From a virus: a DNA stretch of 43,075 bases. A program made the position numbers and the translations under genes. A model generated the notes under the pieces. It saw nothing but the letters and a program-made list of their open reading frames with translations. It was not told the DNA's origin and did no database searches. This document shows positions 39,770 through 43,075 of the stretch, in pieces; position 1 is the stretch's first letter, and the number at the start of each line of letters is the position of its first letter. The stretch is from positions 1-43,075 of IMG/VR virus record IMGVR_UViG_3300002461_000205. One strand, given 5' to 3'.

Positions 39770-40458
39770 GCAAAGACGCTCTCAACGCCGTAGTATCTGA
39801 AATTGAAGCCTGCGGGCTTACTGCTCGCGTCGAACATGGAGGGAAACACGACCGCGTATATTTCCCCGCCAAAACAGGCGAGCAGTTCTATGTAGTTCCC
39901 GTCTCTGGGTCGTGCAGCCGCGCCCCACTCAACGCCCGCTCCGATGTGCGTCGTATGCTCCGCGAGTCCGGCTTCGAGCCGACTAACGTCATTGATCTGC
40001 CGCGAATTTCCATGGCCGGGGGCGAGCCTGTTTGTAATTCGGTTGATATAGCGCGCCACTTCGGCAAGGCCCACAAAGACGTTCTGCGGTCGATCGATGG
40101 TTTATTGGACCAATTAGAGGCTGGGTTTAATCGGCGCAATTTTACGCCGATTGATTACCGGGACGATAGGGGCCGTCAGCAGCGCTGCTTTGAGCTTACG
40201 CGAGACGCATTCTCGCTGCTTGTCATGGGCTTTACGGGCTCGGCCGCGCTCAAGTGGAAGCTGGCCTATATCAACGCCTTTAACCGCATGGAGGCCGAGC
40301 TGCGTAGGATCGCAGCGGCATCGCCGGAACTTTTGCCCCGGCTAGAGAAAGTCGAAGGCGAACTCGCGGCGCTTATTGATCTATATGTCGAGCCGAAGAC
40401 CGAGCCGGGCTACATCTTTATTCGTGGCCATGTTCGCAAGAGGCGGGGGGCTGCCTAA
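39766..40458 (+). CDS. Rha-family phage regulatory protein.
   Basis: The TTG at 39766 overlaps the upstream TGA. 'VCNSVDIARHFGKAHKDVLRSIDGLL...NFTPIDYRDDRGRQQRCFELTRDAFSLLVMGFTGSAALKWKLAYINAFNRME' is the Phage_pRha pattern. Confidence 0.7.
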   Translation: MSKDALNAVVSEIEACGLTARVEHGGKHDRVYFPAKTGEQFYVVPVSGSCSRAPLNARSDVRRMLRESGFEPTNVIDLPRISMAGGEPVCNSVDIARHFGKAHKDVLRSIDGLLDQLEAGFNRRNFTPIDYRDDRGRQQRCFELTRDAFSLLVMGFTGSAALKWKLAYINAFNRMEAELRRIAAASPELLPRLEKVEGELAALIDLYVEPKTEPGYIFIRGHVRKRRGAA

Positions 40459-41354
40459 TGGCGCGTATTCGCTCGATCAAGCCGCACTTCTTCCGCCACG
40501 AAGGACTGTACGAGTCCGAGCGGGAAACGGGTCTGCCGTTGCGATTAGCCTTTGCCGGCCTCTGGACCGCCGCAGATCGCGAGGGCCGCTTCATCTGGTC
40601 CGCGCGCAACCTAAAACTCGATGCGTTGCCTTATGACGATGATGTGGACTTCGCACGCGTGCTTGACGCGTTGTGGTCGCGTGGCTCGATCAAGAAGTAC
40701 GTGGTCGATGGCAAGGAATACGGCTTCATCCCAAGCTGGCTAGATCATCAAGTCATCAACAACCGCGAAGCACCCTCTAACCTCCCAGAACCCAATGAAA
40801 CCAATACGTTGACGCGTGAGGCACGCGACGATGACGCGTCGGTCACGCCACTTAAGTCTGCACAAGCGGAAGGGAAGGGAAGGGAAGGGGAAAGGAAGGG
40901 AACGGATAAAGGAACGCGTGACGCGCGTTCGTCCGAGGTTTTGTTTGAAGACTTCTGGAGGGCCTATCCGAAACGCAAGGGCGCAAACCCGAGAAAGACC
41001 GCTCTGGCGGCTTTCCTGAAGGCGCTAAAGGTCGGAGAAGACCCGCAAGCGATCATTGCCGGCGCGAAGCGATGCGCCGTGGCGGAATCTGAAAACATCA
41101 ACACCAAATATATCCCGCAGGCGGTCAAATGGCTGCACGACGAGCGCTGGAAAGATTACAACGCTGCCGCGATAGCCAGCCTTCCATCGCGGGAAGAGCA
41201 GGAAAGGGCGTGGCGCTTTGCCTTGGATTACAAGGAACGCAAGGGCTTCTGGGATTTACGATCGCCAGAGCCAGGGTCACGCGACTGTAAAATCCCCCCG
41301 GAATTTATTGAGCAATGGAAAGCCGAGCGCGCGAAGCAAGGAGCCACTCCATGA
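40458..41354 (+). CDS. Putative replication initiation/replisome organiser protein.
   Basis: '[17 protein letters not shown]...[17 protein letters not shown]' and the C-terminal '[15 protein letters not shown]...[17 protein letters not shown]' are common in prophage replication-module proteins (from memory). Confidence 0.5.
   Translation: MARIRSIKPHFFRHEGLYESERETGLPLRLAFAGLWTAADREGRFIWSARNLKLDALPYDDDVDFARVLDALWSRGSIKKYVVDGKEYGFIPSWLDHQVINNREAPSNLPEPNETNTLTREARDDDASVTPLKSAQAEGKGREGERKGTDKGTRDARSSEVLFEDFWRAYPKRKGANPRKTALAAFLKALKVGEDPQAIIAGAKRCAVAESENINTKYIPQAVKWLHDERWKDYNAAAIASLPSREEQERAWRFALDYKERKGFWDLRSPEPGSRDCKIPPEFIEQWKAERAKQGATP
40868..40902 (+). repeat. 35-nt uninterrupted polypurine tract with GGGAA repeats.
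   Basis: 'ggaagggaagggaagggaaggggaaaggaagggaa', read directly from the sequence. It is flanked by ACGCG(T) motifs within 40811-40930. Confidence 0.9.
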
Positions 41355-41770
41355 GCGATCGTAAGCGAAAGCTCATGAAAATTCGATGGGTTGGTATGAA
41401 AGACCGTTGCTACAATCCAAATTCAATACGCTGGGCCTCCTACGGAGCCAGGGGCATCAAGGTCTGCGAGCGATGGAAAGACTCATTTGAAAACTTCTTA
41501 GCCGACATGGGCTTTGCGCCGGATGGCAAAAGTATTGATCGCATAGACAACAATGGCGATTACGAGCCGGGGAATGTCCGTTGGGTATCGCCAGCAGGGC
41601 AGGCCCGCAACCGCAGCAACACCAAATTAGACCCAGACAAGGTTTTGGCAATCCGCCGCCGCCTTCGAGAAACTACTAACAAAACGCAGATCGCGAGGGA
41701 GTTTGGTGTGGGCCAAACGACCGTGACGAAGATCAGCAGGAATCTTACCTGGAAGGATATCCAGCCATGA
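41351..41770 (+). CDS. HNH_3-like 'DRID' protein with a C-terminal HTH. Paralog of 30111..30698.
   Basis: The ATG at 41351 overlaps the upstream TGA. '[57 protein letters not shown]' is followed by '[18 protein letters not shown]'. Confidence 0.6.
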   Translation: MSDRKRKLMKIRWVGMKDRCYNPNSIRWASYGARGIKVCERWKDSFENFLADMGFAPDGKSIDRIDNNGDYEPGNVRWVSPAGQARNRSNTKLDPDKVLAIRRRLRETTNKTQIAREFGVGQTTVTKISRNLTWKDIQP

Positions 41771-41795
41771 TTTCCGCATCTGAGGAGGTCAAGTA

Positions 41796-42026
41796 ATGTT
41801 TGGCACTTATGGCGGCTGCGATATTCGATGCAGCGACTCAGCCTGTAGGCATGGCTGCAAGCGCTCTCAGATATTTGCGCCCGGAACCCATCCTCATCCC
41901 GGCGTAGCCCCCGGATATTTCCCTGATCAGCAATCTGTTGCGCTCAATCGTATCGCAGAAGCAATCGAGAAACTAGCAAAAGCTATTTCAACCCCACCCA
42001 ATGAACCGGAGGAGCGCGGTCGATGA
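41796..42026 (+). CDS. Hypothetical 76-aa protein with a Cys-rich N-terminus.
   Basis: GAGGAGG RBS. Sequence begins MFGTYGGCDIRCSDSACRHGCKR. Its stop overlaps the TnpB-like start (ATGA). Confidence 0.55.
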   Translation: MFGTYGGCDIRCSDSACRHGCKRSQIFAPGTHPHPGVAPGYFPDQQSVALNRIAEAIEKLAKAISTPPNEPEERGR

Positions 42027-43075
42027 GCGATTGCTACGTTACATATAAATTCCGTGTCAAGGATAGCAGTGCGAAGCGATGGCTGAAGCGCCATGCGATT
42101 GCGTGCAATCAGGTGTGGAATTTCTGTGTCGCCACGCAGCGCGAGGCGCAGAGGCGTTGGAATGGCGGTAAAACGGGCCGCTGGCCGTCCGCTTATGACC
42201 TTGGCCACCTTACCGCCGGATCGAGCGCAGAACTAGAAACGCTGGCCGACACGATAGAGCAGGTCTGCAAACAGTTCGTAGTTTCTAGAAACGCGCAAGG
42301 AAAGTGCCCGAAATTTCGCTCTAGCTTTGGCCGTAGACGCTCACTCGGCTGGGTGCCATTCCGATTTCAGAATGCGCGGGTTATGGGTGACGGCGTTAAA
42401 TATAGGGGCCGCGTTTATAAATTCTGGAAGTCGCGAGAGATCGTTGGTGAAATCAGGCGAGGAGCATTTGTTCAAGACGCACGCGGGCGTTGGTACGTTA
42501 CCTTCGTTTGCCGAGTTGAGGCGGTAGCGGGTCGCTCAACCAAAGAAGTCGGTATTGATTTGGGGCTCAAGTCTCTAGCCACCTGTAGTGATGGCGAAGA
42601 AATACCGGCTCTGCGCCTCTACCGCGCTCACGAGGCCGAGCTGGCCCGAGCCCAGAGAGCTAGAAATTATAAGCGCGTGCGTGCGATCAGCGCAAAGATA
42701 GCGAACGCCAGAGCGCACTACCTTCATAACGCCAGCACTAAGTTGGCGAATGAGAATAGTTTAATCGTCGTCGGCAATGTGAGCGCTTCCAGCCTTAAGC
42801 AAACGAGAATGGCAAAATCCGTCTCGGACGCCGGCTGGTCAATGTTCAGGAATATGCTGCGGTACAAATCTGCCAGGAGGCAGGCGGTATATATCGAAGC
42901 TGACGAACGATTTAGTTCCCAGACCTGTTCTGATTGCGGAAGCGTCAGCGGCCCGAAAGGACTGAAGGGTCTTGGAGTAAGACGCTGGGAATGTGTTGAC
43001 TGCGGCGCGTCGCACGATCGCGACCACAACGCAGCAAAGCTAATTCTGGCGTCGGGGCGGAATGTCGCCCTCCAG
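42023..43075 (+). CDS. tnpB: TnpB-like (IS200/IS605 OrfB family) RNA-guided nuclease homolog: the first 351 codons, continuing at 1..121 for 360 aa in total.
   Basis: Translated by hand with no stops. 'YKFRVKDSSAKRWLKRHAIACNQVWNFCV', RuvC-I 'EVGIDLGLKSLA', 'HNASTKLANENSLIVVGNVSASSLKQTRMAKSVSDAGWSMFRNMLRYK', and zinc finger 'SSQTCSDCG...RRWECVDCG'. It is absent from the ORF track because it has no stop inside the window. Confidence 0.9.
   Translation, partial: MSDCYVTYKFRVKDSSAKRWLKRHAIACNQVWNFCVATQREAQRRWNGGKTGRWPSAYDLGHLTAGSSAELETLADTIEQVCKQFVVSRNAQGKCPKFRSSFGRRRSLGWVPFRFQNARVMGDGVKYRGRVYKFWKSREIVGEIRRGAFVQDARGRWYVTFVCRVEAVAGRSTKEVGIDLGLKSLATCSDGEEIPALRLYRAHEAELARAQRARNYKRVRAISAKIANARAHYLHNASTKLANENSLIVVGNVSASSLKQTRMAKSVSDAGWSMFRNMLRYKSARRQAVYIEADERFSSQTCSDCGSVSGPKGLKGLGVRRWECVDCGASHDRDHNAAKLILASGRNVALQ
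42982..43075. repeat. Terminal direct repeat, copy 2 (identical to 1..94).
   Basis: Base-by-base identity with the window start. Confidence 0.95.

Noticed and set aside
41796-42026. The upstream 76-aa ORF as a TnpA transposase partner of the TnpB-like gene.
   Set aside because: It is too short, has no HUH or Y1 motifs ('HPHPG' is not a His-hydrophobic-His motif in the right context) and has no serine-recombinase features. It is treated as an ordinary phage ORF.

Overview
The window is a complete, circularly closed temperate phage genome. The first 94 bp are identical to the last 94 bp, so the unique length is 42,981 bp. No rRNA gene, complete tRNA gene or CRISPR array was seen.

Layout:
- Late region, + strand, about 930-21150: small and large terminase, portal, scaffold, an N4-gp56-like major capsid protein, a virion-module glycosyltransferase, P22 gp4- and gp10-like tail hub proteins, three ejection-type proteins, a three-part fibre module (a fibre with an N-terminal virion-attachment-type domain, a collagen-like fibre and a Gly-rich protein), and a lysis cassette (GH19 endolysin plus a spanin pair).
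- Accessory island, 21163-24519: an HTH-metallophosphoesterase and an HslV/proteasome-like hydrolase.
- Integration module: attP carrying a tRNA-Pro-like 3' end, then the integrase and an Xis-like gene.
- Leftward early operon, 34940 down to about 26293: tightly coupled genes including an Ala/Tyr/Asp repeat protein, a recombination module, HNH proteins, a truncated methyltransferase and a train of tiny membrane peptides.
- Immunity region: an XRE-type repressor and a Cro-like gene, with ATCCA-N7-TGGAT operators on both sides.
- Rightward early operon: regulators, a VRR-NUC nuclease, a DPPY methyltransferase, a DnaA-domain-IV-like protein, a Rha-like protein and a replication organiser.

The strongest lead is a 360-aa TnpB-like gene (IS200/IS605 OrfB family) that crosses the contig junction and is therefore missing from the ORF track. 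It keeps the RuvC-I and RuvC-III aspartates and the zinc finger but has 'VVGNV' where the RuvC-II glutamate should be. No TnpA is present, its start is translationally coupled to the upstream phage gene, and its 3' end has hairpins like those of an omega RNA. It may be a domesticated or nuclease-impaired RNA-guided protein.

All family assignments come from reading motifs by eye and from memory. No database search was run.
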